This document shows positions 26,154 through 39,409 of a stretch of 64,000 bases of DNA, one piece after another. The DNA lies in contig CM059425.1 in the NCBI GenBank assembly GCA_030390025.1, positions 18,786,001 through 18,850,000 of the forward strand. The letters are read 5' to 3'. The notes below the pieces were generated by a model that worked only from the letters and a program-made list of their open reading frames with translations, made no database searches and was not told where the DNA came from. Each line of letters opens with the position of its first letter. Positions within the stretch are counted from its first letter, which is position 1. This DNA is from Squalus acanthias. Its lineage: Eukaryota. Made by a program: the position numbers and the translations under genes.

Positions 26154-28170
26154 ATAAGAACATAAGAACATAAGAAATAGGAGCAGGAGTAGGCCAATCG
26201 GCCCCTCGAGCCTGCTCCGCCATTCAATAAGATCATGGCTGATCTGATCCTAACCGCCAATCTACTATCTATCACAGAACCATCTCCTGCATCTAACAGA
26301 ATTGCACACACGAAATAGGAGCAGAATCAGGCTACACAGTCCCTGGGCCCGCTCCACTACCCACAGGGCCATGACCGATCCGAACCTAGACTCATGTCCA
26401 AATTCCTGCCCGCTCCCCGTAACCCTTAATGCCCTTTACTTCTAGGAAACTGTCTATTTCTGTTTTAAATTTAATTAATGTTGTAGCTTCTACAGCTTTT
26501 TGTGGCAGCATATTCCATGGACCTACCACCCTCTGAGTGAAGTAGTTCCTCCTCATCTCAGTTTTGAAAGAGCAGCCCCTTATTCTAAGACTATGTCCCC
26601 TAGTTCTCGTCTCACCCGTCATCGGGAACATCCTCCCCGCATCCACCCGATCCAACCCCTTCACAATCTTATATGTTTCAATAAGATCGCCTCTCATTCT
26701 TCTGAACTCCAATGAGTAGAGTCCCAATCTACCCAACCTCTCCTCATATGACCACCCCCTCATCCCCGGGATTAACCGAGTGAACCTTTTTTGCACTGCC
26801 TCGAGAGCAAGGATGTCTTTCCTTAAGTAAGGACACCAAAACTGTATGCAGTATTCCAGGTGCGGTCTCACCAATACCTTGTACAACTGAAGCAATACCT
26901 CCCTATTTTTATATTCTATCCCCCTAGCAATGAAAGCCAACATTCCATTTGCCTTCTTAATCACTTGCTGCACCTGCATACTAACCTTTTGAGTTTCGTG
27001 CACCAGGACCCCCAGATCCCTTTGCACTTCAGTACTCTCCAGTTTCTTGCCATTAAGATAATAAATTGCTCTAGGATTTTTCCTGCCAAAGTGCATCACC
27101 TCACACTTTCCAGTGTTGTATTCCATCTGCCAAATCTCTGCCCACTTACTTAGCCTGTCTATGTCCCCTTGCAGGTTTTTTATGTCCTCCTCACTCACTA
27201 CTTTCCCTCCCATCTTTGTATCATCTGCAAATTTTGATATGTTACACTTGGTCCCTTCCTCCAAATCGTTAATATAGATTGTGAAGAGTTGGGGACCCAG
27301 CACTGACCCCTGTGGAACACCACTAGTTACTGATTGCCAGTCTGAGAATGAACCATTTATCCCAACTCTTTGCTTTCTGTTAGATAGCCAATCCTCTATC
27401 CATGCCAGAATATTACCCCCAATCCCGTGATTTTTTACCTTAAGCAATAATCTTTTGTGTGGCACCTTGTCAAATGCCTTTTGGAAGTCTAAATACACTA
27501 CGTCCACTGGTTCCCCTTTATCCACTCTATATGTTACTTCCTCAAAGAACTCCAGCAAATTTGTCAAACATGACTTCCCCTTCGTAAAACCATGCTGACT
27601 TTGTCCTATTAAATTATGATTATCCAAATGTCCTGTTACTGTTTCCTTAATAATGGACTCCAAAATTTTACCTACCACAGATGTTAGGCTAACCGGTCTA
27701 TAGTTACCAGCCTTCTGTCTACTGCCCTTTTTAAATAAGGGTGTTACATTAGCAGTTTTCCAGTCTGCCGGGACCTTAGCGGAATCCAGGGAGTTTTGAA
27801 AAATTATTACCAATGCATCTACAATCCCTACCGCCACTTCCTTCAAGACTCTAGGATGTAAGCCATCAGGTCCAGGTGATTTATCCGCCTTGAGTCCCAT
27901 TATTTTACCGAGTACCACTTCCTTAGTGATTTTGATCGTGTTTAGCTCCTCTCCCCCTATAGCCCCCTGTTTGTCCAGTGTTGGGATATTCTTAGTGTCT
28001 TCTACTGTAAAGACTGATACAAAATATTCATTCAGTGTTTTTGCCATCTCCATATTTCCCACCATTAATTTCCCGGTCTCATCCTCTAAGGGACCAACAT
28101 TTACTTTAGCCACCCTTTTTCTTTTTATATAACTATAAAAACTCTTACTATCTGTTTTTATATTTTTTGC
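26154..28170 (-). mobile_element. Young 5'-truncated CR1 (family B) with uninterrupted RT frame
   Basis: Open frame from AKNIKTDSK to stop at 26392; nearly identical to 61355-63371. Confidence 0.95.
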
Positions 28171-28192
28171 TATGTTGCCTGACCTGCTGAGT

Positions 28193-31100
28193 GGTTGGCA
28201 TAGGGTCAATAGGATCAGGGAGATGAATGTGTGGCTCAAAGATTGGTGTGGGAGAAGTGGGTTTCGATTCGTGAGGCACTGGCACCAGTGCTGGGGAAAG
28301 AGAGCTGTTCCGTTGGGACGGTTTACACCTGAGCCATGCTGGGACCAGAGTTCGAATGAATCAAATAACTAGGGAGGTAGATAGCGCTTTAAACTAAATA
28401 AGCGGCGGTGGGGTGGGGGGGGGGGGGGGGGGGGCGGGGGGGGTGGGGGGGCTGGGCAGGGCCCGGTGGAGAGAAATCTGGAATGCAAAAGAGAAAAGAC
28501 AAGGAAGCAGTGCAGGAAAGTGATTGGGGTAAGGATAACCAGATTGTGTCAGGAAGGGACAGAGCGTACAAACAAAGGAGTGCACTAACAAATAGGGTCC
28601 AGGTAAGAAAAAATGGTAATAAGACAAATAGGACCATAGTACAAAATTTTTTAAGATGCCTGAAAATGTTAAAAAGACAAATCTAAAGGCACTGTATCTG
28701 AATGCATGAAGCATTCGTTATAAGGTAGACAAATTAAGAGCGCAAATAGATGTAAATGGATACGATATAATTGCGATTACGGAGACATGGCTGCAGGGTG
28801 ACCAAGGCTGGGAGCTGAATATCCAGGGATATTCGATATTTAGGAAGGACAGGCAAAAAGGAAAAGGTGGTGGGGTGGCGTTGTTAGTAAAGGATGAAAT
28901 CAGAGCAATAGTGAGAAAGGATATTGGCTCAGAAAATCAAGATGTAGAATCAGTCTGGGTGGAGCTAAGAAGCACCAAGGGGCAGAAAACATTGGTGGGA
29001 GTTGTCTATAGGCCTCCAAATAGTAGTGGTAATGTAGGGGATGGCATCAAACAGAAAATTAGAGATGCATGTAACAAGGGTACTACAGTAATCATGGGTG
29101 ACTTTAATCTACATATAGACTGGCCAAACCAAATTAGCAATAATACTGTGGAGGATGAATTCCTGGAGTGTGTACGAGATGGTTTTTTAGACCAGTACGT
29201 TGAGGAACCAACTAGGGAACAGGCTATCCTAGATTGGGTATTGTGCCATGAGAAGTGGTTAATTAATAATCTTGTTGTGCGGGGTCCTTTAGGGAAGAGT
29301 GACCATAACATGATAGAATTCTTCATTAAGATGGAAAGTGAAGAAGTCCAATCCGAAACTAGGGTCCTAAATCTAAACAAAGGAAACTATGAAGGTCTGA
29401 GGAGTGAGTTGGCTATGATAGATTGGGGAGCTTCATTAAAAGGCTTGACGGTGGATAGGCAATGGCTAACATTTAAGGAATGAATGCATGAATTGCAACA
29501 GTTATACATTCATTTCTGGCACAAAAACACAAAAGGAAAAGCGGCCCAACCATGGCTAACAAAAGAAATTAAGGATAGTATTAGATCCAAAGAGAAGTCA
29601 TATAAAGTTGCCAGATAAAATAGCAAGCCTGAGGATTGGGAGCAGTTTAGAGTACAGCAAAAAAGGACCAAGAGATTGATTAAGTGGGGAAAAATAGAAT
29701 ATGAGAGTAAACTTGCAAGGATCATAAAAGCGGACTGTAAAAGCTTCTACACGTATGTAAAAAGAAAAAGATTAGTGAAGACAAATGTAGGCCCCTTACA
29801 GTCAGAAACAGGAGAATTTATAATGGGGAACAAGGAAATGGCTGAGCAATTAAACAAATACTTTGGTTCTGTCATCATGGAAGAGGACACAAATAACTTC
29901 CCAGAAGTGCTAGGGAACCAAGGGTCTAGTGAGAAGGAGGAATTAAAGGAAATTAGTATTTGTAAAAAAATAGTGCTGGAGAAATTAATAGGACTGAAAG
30001 CCGATAAATCCCCAGGGCCTGATAATCTGCATCCCAGAGTACTAAAAGAGGTAGCCATGGAAATAGTGGATGCATTGGTTGTCATCTTCCAAAATTCTAT
30101 AGATTATGGAACAGTTCCTGCAGATTAGAGGGTGGCAAATGTAACCCCACTATTTAAAAAATGAGGGAGAGAGAAAACAGGGAACTACAGACCGGTTAGC
30201 CTTGAAGGGATAATTACTAGTCCTAGCCCCTTTAGGGCTACCCTGGATCAGGCGTATTCCCCAGATGTTCACTTTCAACTAAAGTTTGAGGTAGCTGAAT
30301 CCTAAAGACGCTTAATTGGGTCTAAAGGTCCAGACTGTCTCTCCCTAAAGGAAAGGAACAACCTGAAGATGTTACCATCCTCCAGATAGTACTTTTAATA
30401 AGTTTAGCTAGACTGTAACCTTCCGGATATTGTGAGGGTCCGGAAAACTCCCCCAGAATTCTGCAACTCCTCACCAAAGAGCGTACAGAAATTGAGTTTG
30501 CGAGTTTGATGCAGAAGTATTATGTGAGACAATTCTAAAAATATATAGATTTATTAAAGAACCGACATGTAATTTACAGTTGGTGATTCAATCACAACAT
30601 TAACAGTTACAAATACAAAAATCTTACAATTCTATTATCAGAGATCCTTATTCTCAAATCTTAACTTTGCTAGTTTTACAGTTCTTAGTTTATTCCAGGA
30701 TATCCACCAAAATCAAATACAATACCTTGATCCCCAAGATACAAAGAGTTGTAGACTTACAGAGCTTGCCTCTGAAGCCGAGAATCGCTTTGCCCCTTTA
30801 CAGCGAATCTATCATCCCATTTGAAAGTTCAATTTTTATACCCTTTCTCAGTGGTATTTCCTTTGAAGTTTTCTGCTGATGTAAGCTAATTATCTCTAGT
30901 CATTTTTCTGCTGATTCCTTCTATTCTTACAGTCAGTTCAGCTGGTAGCAAGCAGACTCGTGTCTCTCCTTTCGGTGTTCGAAGCTTATCATAAAAACGA
31001 TGTGACCAGCAGGTGCATCTATTTGATGTCATTCTTACCAAGGTCTTCTATGCAATTCTTAAGTCACCTCAGCTGGTTGCAACACAGAATCGTGTCTCCT

Positions 31101-32418
31101 AGGTGTTCCATGTTCAACACAAAAAGAATGTGACTGCTGGTGCCTCCCCCACTTGATGCCATTCCCACGAAGGCATATGTTTCTTAATTTTCTGTGTTTG
31201 TTCACAAAGTGTACTTTAAAACACCTTAACTGGGTGTACCATTGTGTTCTTTCCAAGCTTCAGACTATCAGGAACCTCCAACCTCCTGTTTCAATAAGGC
31301 TATTGATTCAGTGTCAACAACTTATCTTATCTCAATAGCCTGTATGCTGTTTACAGCTTTTCCATTGTTGAGGATTTTAGATTTTCAAGCCCAGTTTGTC
31401 ATGTTACTAAGGCCAGAATTATTTCATAGGATGGTGTATTTTTCTGAATATGGCGTATTCCTTCACAGCCTAACATCAGTAGTAGGGAAAATGCTAGAGT
31501 CTATTATAAAGGATGTGATAACAGGACACTTAGAAAATATCAACGGGATTAGACAAAGTCAACATAGATTTATGAAAGGGAAATCGTGTTTGACAAACCT
31601 ACTGGAGTTTTTTGAGGATGTAACTGGTAGAATAGATAAGGGCGAACCAGTGGATGTGGTGTATTTGGATTTTCAGATAAAGTCCCACATAAGAGGTTAG
31701 TGTGCAAAGTTAAAGCACATGGGATTGGGGGTAATATACTGGCATGGATTGAAAATTGGTTAACAGACAGGAAACAGAGAGTAGGAATAAATTGGTCTTT
31801 TTCGGGGTGGCAGGCGGTGACTAGTGGGGTACCACAGGGATCAGTGCTTGGGCCCCAGCTATTCACAATATATATCAATGATTTGGATGAGGGAACCAAA
31901 TGTAATATTTCCAAGTTTACTGACGACACAAAACTAGGTGGGATTGTGAGTTGTGAAGAGGATGCAAAGAAGCTTCAAGATGATTTAGACAAGTTGAGTG
32001 AGTGGGCAAATACATTGGAGATGCAGTATAATGTGGATAAATGTGAAGTTATCCACTTTGGTAGGAAAAACAGAAGGCAGAGTATTATTTAAATGGTGAC
32101 AGATTGGGAAATGTTGATGTACAAAGGGACCTGGGTGTCCTTGTACACCAATCACTGAAAGCAAACATGCAGGTGCAGCAAGCAGTTAAGAAGGCAAATG
32201 GTATGTTGGCCTTCATTGCAAGAGGATTTGAGTACAGGAGCAAGGATGTCTTACTACATTTATACAGGGCCTTGGTGAGACCACACCTGGAGTACTGTGT
32301 GCAGTTTTGGTCTCCTTCCCTAAGAAAGGATATACTTGCCATAGAGGGAGTGCAGCGAAGGTTCACCAGACTGATTCCTGGGATGGCAGGACTGTCGTAT
32401 GAGGAGAGATTGGGTCAA
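28193..32418 (+). mobile_element. CR1 (family C): ORF1 end and decayed ORF2, interrupted by a solo LTR
   Basis: NVWLKDWCG (ORF1 end), APE 28875-29483, RT pieces; NYRPVS|LTSVVGKMLE continuous across 30202/31468; 3' truncated at about 32418. Confidence 0.9.
30203..31467 (-). mobile_element. Solo LTR (1265 bp), same family as 16991-18652
   Basis: tgaagggataattac ... tattccttcaca, TSD GCCT; minus-strand TATAAA at 30835-30840 and AATAAA at 30550-30555. Confidence 0.88.
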
Positions 32419-32883
32419 CTTCCTATTCCCTTCTCCAATCACCACCTTGATTCCATCGTATCATCTGCCCATTCATCTTCCCATTACACCCTTCCCATCC
32501 TGTCACCTCCTCACTCCTGTTACTATCCCTACCTCTTCCCCTTTGAGCTATTCCATCAACCCTTGTATCCTCCCCTTCCCCTTGCTCCATTTTCATTCAC
32601 CTCACTATTAACCCTTTATCTGCTGCCCCTGCTTCCACTTCCTCCCCCAAGGGTGGGTTTTAATAGGCCATAGGACTCTTAGAGTTCAATGAGTTTCCCT
32701 CCTTCCTGCAACCTCTAGCCCGCCCATTCTTTTTCATCAGAGGCTTTGTTTGCTTTCAAAATTCAACATGTTTAAAAAGAAAAAAAAATCTAATTAGCAT
32801 GAGGAAAGGCTGAATTCTCAACCCATTGACGGATTACTGGTGGAACTGGAATACCTAACGCCAATGTGAATCTGATATTAACC

Positions 32884-33724
32884 TGTAGCTTTCAAAAGCT
32901 CTTATAATAATTTGTCCGTGACTACACAAACCACTCTGGGTACAGGTATATTGTGTATAAGTAAAACAGGTTTATTAAGCATTAAACATCCAGTACAAAG
33001 AAGTAATACTTAACAAGGAGATAGTCACAGTCTTGTTCATTTGAGCCTCGGCGTTCCTTCCGAGTGACTGTGGCGCAGTCTCTTTATTCTCTTGCTGTGT
33101 TCTGTTGACTAAAGCTCGCTTCTCTGGGTTCTTGCAGTGTTCTGTTGACTGAAGCTCCTTCAACTCTGATTCTTGGTGCGCGCTGCTTTCATTGTTCAAT
33201 ATCTTGTATCTTTATACCCTTTCTCTTCCTTTGCCTATGTGACAGTAATCAACTATCTGACACCTGGTAAATGTCCCTCCTTTCCTTGTCAGTCACCTCA
33301 TGACATTTTATGACCTTGTTGATTCCACTAGGTCTCGCTTTGTGCATATCAAAGTGCCCTTTATCTTTAGATGTTCTCTTTTCAAAGACCATTTCCCAAG
33401 ATGTTGTCTAAACAGTCTGTCCATTTTATAGTAGTATCACTGAGGGGTGCCTTCAATTCCTACCTCTCTTCTCTAACTCATCTCTTTTCCATCACTTTAC
33501 CGAATACCACGTCCCTGACAGTCTCCATAAACTTAGCACTACATTCCATTACTTCAGTAATTGAAAACAGAGCAGTTTCAGTCAGGTTGGCATAATTTCC
33601 CATCCTGCTTTTCTCTCAGCCATTCGCCATTTTATACAGGCTTTTAGGCTTTTAACATACAATTTCACATATTATAGTTATACAAAAATGTTTACTAAAT
33701 CATACAGATACACCCTATCCTACA
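32884..33724 (-). mobile_element. Probable solo LTR of a second family (841 bp)
   Basis: TGTAG...CTACA termini flanked by AACC on both sides; minus-strand TATAAA (33211-33216) then AATAAA (32971-32976). Confidence 0.7.
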
Positions 33725-33829
33725 AACCTGGTGGAATTTCCTTCTGGGACCCTCATTTGTTATCCAAGATAGATTTGGAGTGATAATACTGCTCCTGATA
33801 GGCTTACCACCATTGGGAGGACAACTTCA

Positions 33830-36480
33830 TTTTATGAGTAGCCAAAAGAAGAAGAGCGACAGCAAGCAGCATCAGCATTCTCTGGGGGTTCAGCAGCTGC
33901 AAAGGGCCCCAGATTCTCAGATGGATTTCTGCAGCTGCTGCTAGATGAATTGAGGGCCAGAAGAGGCAGAATGCTCAGCAGAAAGAAGAAATGAGAGGAA
34001 TGTGAAGATTACCCGGAGGGAGATGGGAAAGATGGTCAATCAAACTTGCACCATCACAAACACTGCTACACAGTGCAGGAAAAAGCTCAGTCACCTCACA
34101 AGGGTGGTCAAGGTAAATCAAGGCACTGTTGCCAATACCCATCCTCTACCACTGGGACAACATTCAGACAATTCCTTACCTATCACCCTCTTTCTCTCTT
34201 AGTATCTGGTTGTCAGGGAAACTCACTTCTGCAAAAGAGCAACTTCTGCAAACACTTAAGCACCTTCTTTGCTCAAAACCACTCTGACAACCCACATTGG
34301 CTACCACAAGGTCTTTAAAGACACTTCATTTAAAGTGACAATGCACGTGCACATTTCATCATCGTAGGATGCATGAACTCACATGGTGGAGAGTATGCCA
34401 CTCACTTGCTCTTATTGTTGTCTTCTCTCTCCCAAAGAAAAGCCGAAATACAACCAGCGCCACAGAATTATAACCAGAGGAGAGATTTTATTGCACATGA
34501 AGAGGAAGCTGGAAAATGAGGTAGCTTCTGTTCTTTCTTAAAGTATTGCTATGCCCTTAAATTCAGCTCTTCTTTCTTCAAGGGGGAATGTCACTGTGCA
34601 GTGGTAAACACTTTCACCGGGCAAACTGCTGCAAGATCCACAACCATTTCCTCACCAACTGCGTCATCTTACTTTAAAAAGCACCAGCACAGAGACACTT
34701 TATCGGAGGAAGTAGCTAGTGAGCCAGAATGATTTTTCATAGGTGAGGCACTGACCACGAATGAACATGGAAAGTTAGAAGTGGATGACGGAGAGAGCCA
34801 TTCCCCCATGGAGGGTGGAGATACTACCATCCTTGGCTGAGGAGCCTGGAGACATTTAAATTGTGCCAGTCTGATGGTAATGTGCTGTTTATATTTGGGG
34901 AGGCTGGTAGAGCAGTAGGTAGATGAGGATGCTCTATGCTCAGAAATGGATTCAGTTTTAACTTCCTGGAGGGAATGTCAGAATGCCATTAGTGAACTTT
35001 ATTTAATGTTGTGCTTCTTACTTAGTGAGCTCTAACTAGATTTCTTCTAATCTTTGCTACAGCTGGTCATCTTGATTGCCATTGGTTGTTGTGACATTAG
35101 CTTCCTCTGATCTGAGATTTCTACTTGATACTCTTGTATACCTATCCACCTTTCCAATGTGAGATCATGAAGCATGCAGCACACCACAACAATTCTGGAA
35201 ATCTTAGGATCCAATGGTGTGCTCTATTATCATGCTAGGTGAAGAATCATTCTCCTGAAACATGTTGGCGTACTCAACTGCCTTTCATCAAAGACACTAT
35301 GGGAGCTTCCTTGGTAATGGGCAATCACATGCATTGTGCAGTACTGGTGTTCGCAGACAAGTTGAACATTAAGGGCGTGGAATCCCTTTCTCCGTAATTG
35401 GCTCTCCACCCTGAGAACCCCAGCCAGATAAATACTGTGGCAACAAGAGCAGGTCAGAGGCTAGGTATTCTGCGTCGAGTGTCTCACCTCCTGACTCCCC
35501 AAAGCCTTTCTACCATCTACAAGGCACAAATAAGGAGTGTGATGGAATACTCTTCACTTGCCTGGATGAGTGCAGCTCCAACAACACTCAAGAAGCTCGA
35601 CACCATCCAGGACAAAGCAGCCCGCTTGATTGGCACCCCATCTACCACCTTAAACATTCACTCCCTCCACCACCGGTGGACCGTGGCTGCAGTGTGTACC
35701 ATCTACAAGATGCACTGCAGCAACTCGCCAAGGCTTCTTCGGCAGCACCTCCCAAACCCGCGACCTCTTCCACCTAGAAGGACAAGGGCAGCAGGCGTAT
35801 GGGAACACCACCACCTCCAAGTTCCTTCCAAGTCACACACCATCCTGACTTAGAAGTATATCACCGATCCTTCATCATCGCTGGTTAAAATCCTGGAACT
35901 CCCTACCTAACAGCACTGTCGGAGTACTTTCACTGCACGGACTGCAGCGGTTCAAGAAGGCAGCTCACCACCACCTTCTCAAGGGCAATTAGGGATGGGC
36001 AATAAATGCTGGCCTTGCCAGCGACGCCCACATCCCATAAACAAATAAAAAAAAGGCTATGCTGTAGACTCTGGCAGCCCTTTCTTGCTGTGGATCCAAG
36101 TTCATTGTCATCTTTATGTAGTTAGGGGGTCTTATGAATAGGACGTCAGTTACATCCCTTGTACAGTTCTGCACTGCTGAGTGGGAACATTACTGATGTC
36201 TGCACTGGCAGCCTGAAAGGAACCAGATGCATAGAAGCTGAGGGCAATAGTCAACTTCAATTGAGACAACAGTTGAGTTTCTTGAGATTGGTGTTTACAT
36301 TGATGAATGTTGCTTATGTCACCTCTTGCAGCCTGGAATGACCAGAGACGTAGAAATTCAGGGCCACAGCCATCTTCATTGTCATAGTCAGTGAAGTACG
36401 TGACTTGGGGCTGGGCATCAGTTGGTGCTGCAACAGGTGATGTAGGTTTGTAATAGCCATCCTGCTGAAGTGGATTTGTG
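33830..36480. mobile_element. Highly decayed Harbinger (Myb remnant on +, transposase remnant on -)
   Basis: QCRKKLSHLTRVVK|gtaa at 34071-34116; minus-strand VVVCCM (about 35170-35192) and KMAVALNFYVSG (about 36340-36380). Confidence 0.65.
35420..36053 (+). mobile_element. 3' fragment of an L2/CR1-group LINE distinct from families A-D
   Basis: AGQRLGILRR..LSTIYKAQIRSVMEYSS..W..LDTIQDKAARLI; tail gggcaataaatgctggccttgccagcgacgcccacatccc + A-rich end. Confidence 0.8.
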
Positions 36481-39409
36481 AACCGGCTTTAGATTGGATG
36501 AATCCAGTGCTAAGGAATTTGAAAATGGCAGTAGCGTCCTTAAACAGGCAAAGGGTGAGAAATTGGACCCATTTGCTCTGGCCATTCAGGCCAGTTTGAA
36601 AGAAAAAATGGCAGCTGTCTCGCTTCTGCTCACTTCCGGCATGGAATGCGACAGGCCGCCATTTTGGGCAGGTCGACAGCGCTGTCATTGCCTGCGCTTG
36701 CTCCAGATATTTAGATGAGCCAGATCATGACGTCAATCGGCATGCAACACTGAATTGATGCACAACCTGCCATTTTGGACTTTGCCACTCCTTTTAATGC
36801 CCTCTCCAAATCACGACCAGCTGATCATGCATTTACCAGCAAGAAGGACTCCTGACCAGCACTATTTAAAGGGATCATCAACAACTTGTAGCTGACTTGC
36901 TTTTTGATTTGTACTGGCACTGTGTAAGTTTGTGCTAATGTTTTGAGCTTTCTACTGTTATTTAAAGTTGGTGAGGTGACAGGGAATGTTGCTGCAAGTG
37001 AAGAATGCCTTGTTTCTGATTTAAGGGTCCTGCTCACACCACTTGCTCCCAGTCATGGGGCTCTACTTGCAGTCCCCCTTGCGCTTGAGTATGACAGGGA
37101 GATGGAGCGGAGGCAGTGAAGAAGAGGAGAAGATGCTCGCAGAGGGAAGAGGAAGAGGGGCAGGAGGGCTCTCAGCAGGAGGCCTTACCCACCTAGGGTC
37201 TTTCGAGTGCACTTCTCCTACCTACACTTAAGCCAGGAGCTCTGTTTCACCAAGGAGGTGGTCACAGAACACTGCCACCTGCTGCAACCAGCCCTACAGC
37301 CACAGAGCAGGGGGACGACAAAGCTGCCAGTGGCACCCAAGGTCGCCGTGGACCTCAATGTTTTCGCCACCGGATCCTTCCAGTCTGCAGCAGGCGACAG
37401 AGCTAACATCTCCCAGTTCACCGTCCATACTACATCTGGGAGGTCACAGGGGCTCTGCACTCCAGGTGAAGGGACTTCATTGTCTTTTCTATGAACAGAG
37501 AAAATCAGGAAGAGCATGCATGTGGCTTTTCCAGGATATCGGGCTTCCTTATGGTGCAGGGCACCATCGACTACACACATGTGGCTCTGCAGGCGCCGCA
37601 TACCAATCCTGAGATGTTCTGTAACCACAGAGACTACCACTCACTTAATGTGCAGTTCGTGTGCGACCACGTTGCTCACCACATCCCCACATTACCATCC
37701 CTCTGTCACGGAACATCACAGCCTCCTCTTGGGCACAAAGCTGAAATGAGAGCCACCACTAAACAAACATTCCAAACGTAATTTATAAATTTATCAAATC
37801 CAAATCAAATCAACAATGTCAACTAATCACCCTTGTGCATTCCCTTAGTATCTGTCTTTTGTGTTCCTTTTCCGACTCCAGTGCTCCTATGAAGTGCTAC
37901 CCCAGTGGCTGCAGCATAGCTGGTGGAAGGCTGCTGACTTTCAGTGGGGAAGACAGCAGGTAGCTTTGCAGGATGACCTCGAGCAGCTGTGGGCCTAGAA
38001 GGCCCGGTTGTAGACTGCACCACTTTGGCATGGGCTGCAGCAGTTGGGCTGGCTGGCTGACTGGCAGCAGCAAGGGCACTGGCGGAGTGGCAGTGGTAGG
38101 AGTAGGAATGCTGTCATCCTGAGAGAGGACAGCAGGTTCTTCCTCCACAGAGCCACTGTCTCTCACCTGGGGTGGCGCCTCAGCATTCCAAGCCATCTGT
38201 TGGAGGACAGATTGCTGGACAGATTGTGGAACCCTGCAAGCCCCTTTCCACGCTCTTGAACCTAGCCACGATGGCTGCAGTATGATCTTCCACTGCAGCA
38301 CTGAGATGCTGGGTCGCTTTTGCCTGTGCTGCAATGGAAACTGCGACATCACCCATCACACCAGCATCATGGTTGGGTCCACAAGGTTTCTCATGGAGTT
38401 GCCCATCATTTCCATCCTGGAAATCACAGACTGCAAGCTCCGCGCAAAGCTTGGAGCTGGACTCTTCCATGCTCCTTGACACTGACAAGAGGCTCTCTAG
38501 CAGGTTTGCCATTGCACCAAGTATTTCTGTGTGCATGCCCATCACCCTTTTTCTGAAAGCCGTCCCATCGAAGTCATTATCTGAGTCCTGTGGAGCAGAA
38601 CTCATGCGCGAACTTGCCCTCTGGGGAGCTGGCACCCGAGCTACCCTTTCCCTCTGGCCTGGCTGCAGCCCACTCAAGCCCGATGACTCAGCACGTGCAG
38701 ATCCCACCTCTATACCACCCTCTAAAGTACACGCAGTGACATTTTCTGAGCTGGTGCCTGGGAGTGTCAGACCGAGTGACGGTGCCTCTTCTTCTCCTTC
38801 ACTCACTTCCTCCATGACTTCGGGGACTAGTTGTGCTGGTGAGACTTCTTGGGTATCTGAAAGGAGAAAGGTACAAGGGTCGGGTTGTGGTGACGGGGGT
38901 GGTGGCAGGGCGGGGGAGGTGGGGGGGGCGGAAGCAAGATATCCATGCATACACCATTAGCAGCTTGTAAGTGAGAAGAGATTGTGGGATGAGAGGGAAG
39001 TGGGATGTGAGAAGAAGGATTAGGTATGAGCATACCGTCATCATCAGCAATGCTTTCAACTTCACCACTCGCCACAGACTCAGTAAAGGCCCCTCCAGTG
39101 ATCTCCAGCACTGCTTCCTCCAGCTCTGTGAGGTTCCGCAGTTGCGCTTCTCCTCCACCCGTCTGCTGCTGCTCCTGGTGGTTATGAACCACATTTGTCA
39201 GTAAGTGTGGTGAAATCTGTTTGGGTGCCTGCCATGGTTGAATAGCTGAAAGTGTGTGCAAGATGTGAGATGTGGGTGTGAGTCTTGCAGCAGTGGTAAG
39301 TGGGTGAGGGTGAGGTAAAGCTGTGATTGTGAGGTATAAGTGATGATTGCTAGAGTTTGTTGGTAGGTGAGTGATGGGGGTGTGTTGCATTGAGCAGTGT
39401 GTGAGGTTA

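Larger units (their letters stand above)
22201..28192. mobile_element. Second copy of the non-autonomous Harbinger (inverted relative to 13327-15536); pieces 22201-23444, 25746-26153 and 28171-28192
   Basis: Left TIR-like ggagagaaaaattcgc; 22430-23444 and 25746-26080 are reverse-complement matches to about 15190-13850. Confidence 0.8.

Noticed and set aside
31242..31700. Hydrophobic N-terminus fused to RT (also 18560-19114 and 51577-52260)
   Set aside because: Read-through from LTR or MITE sequence into CR1 fragments at insertion junctions.
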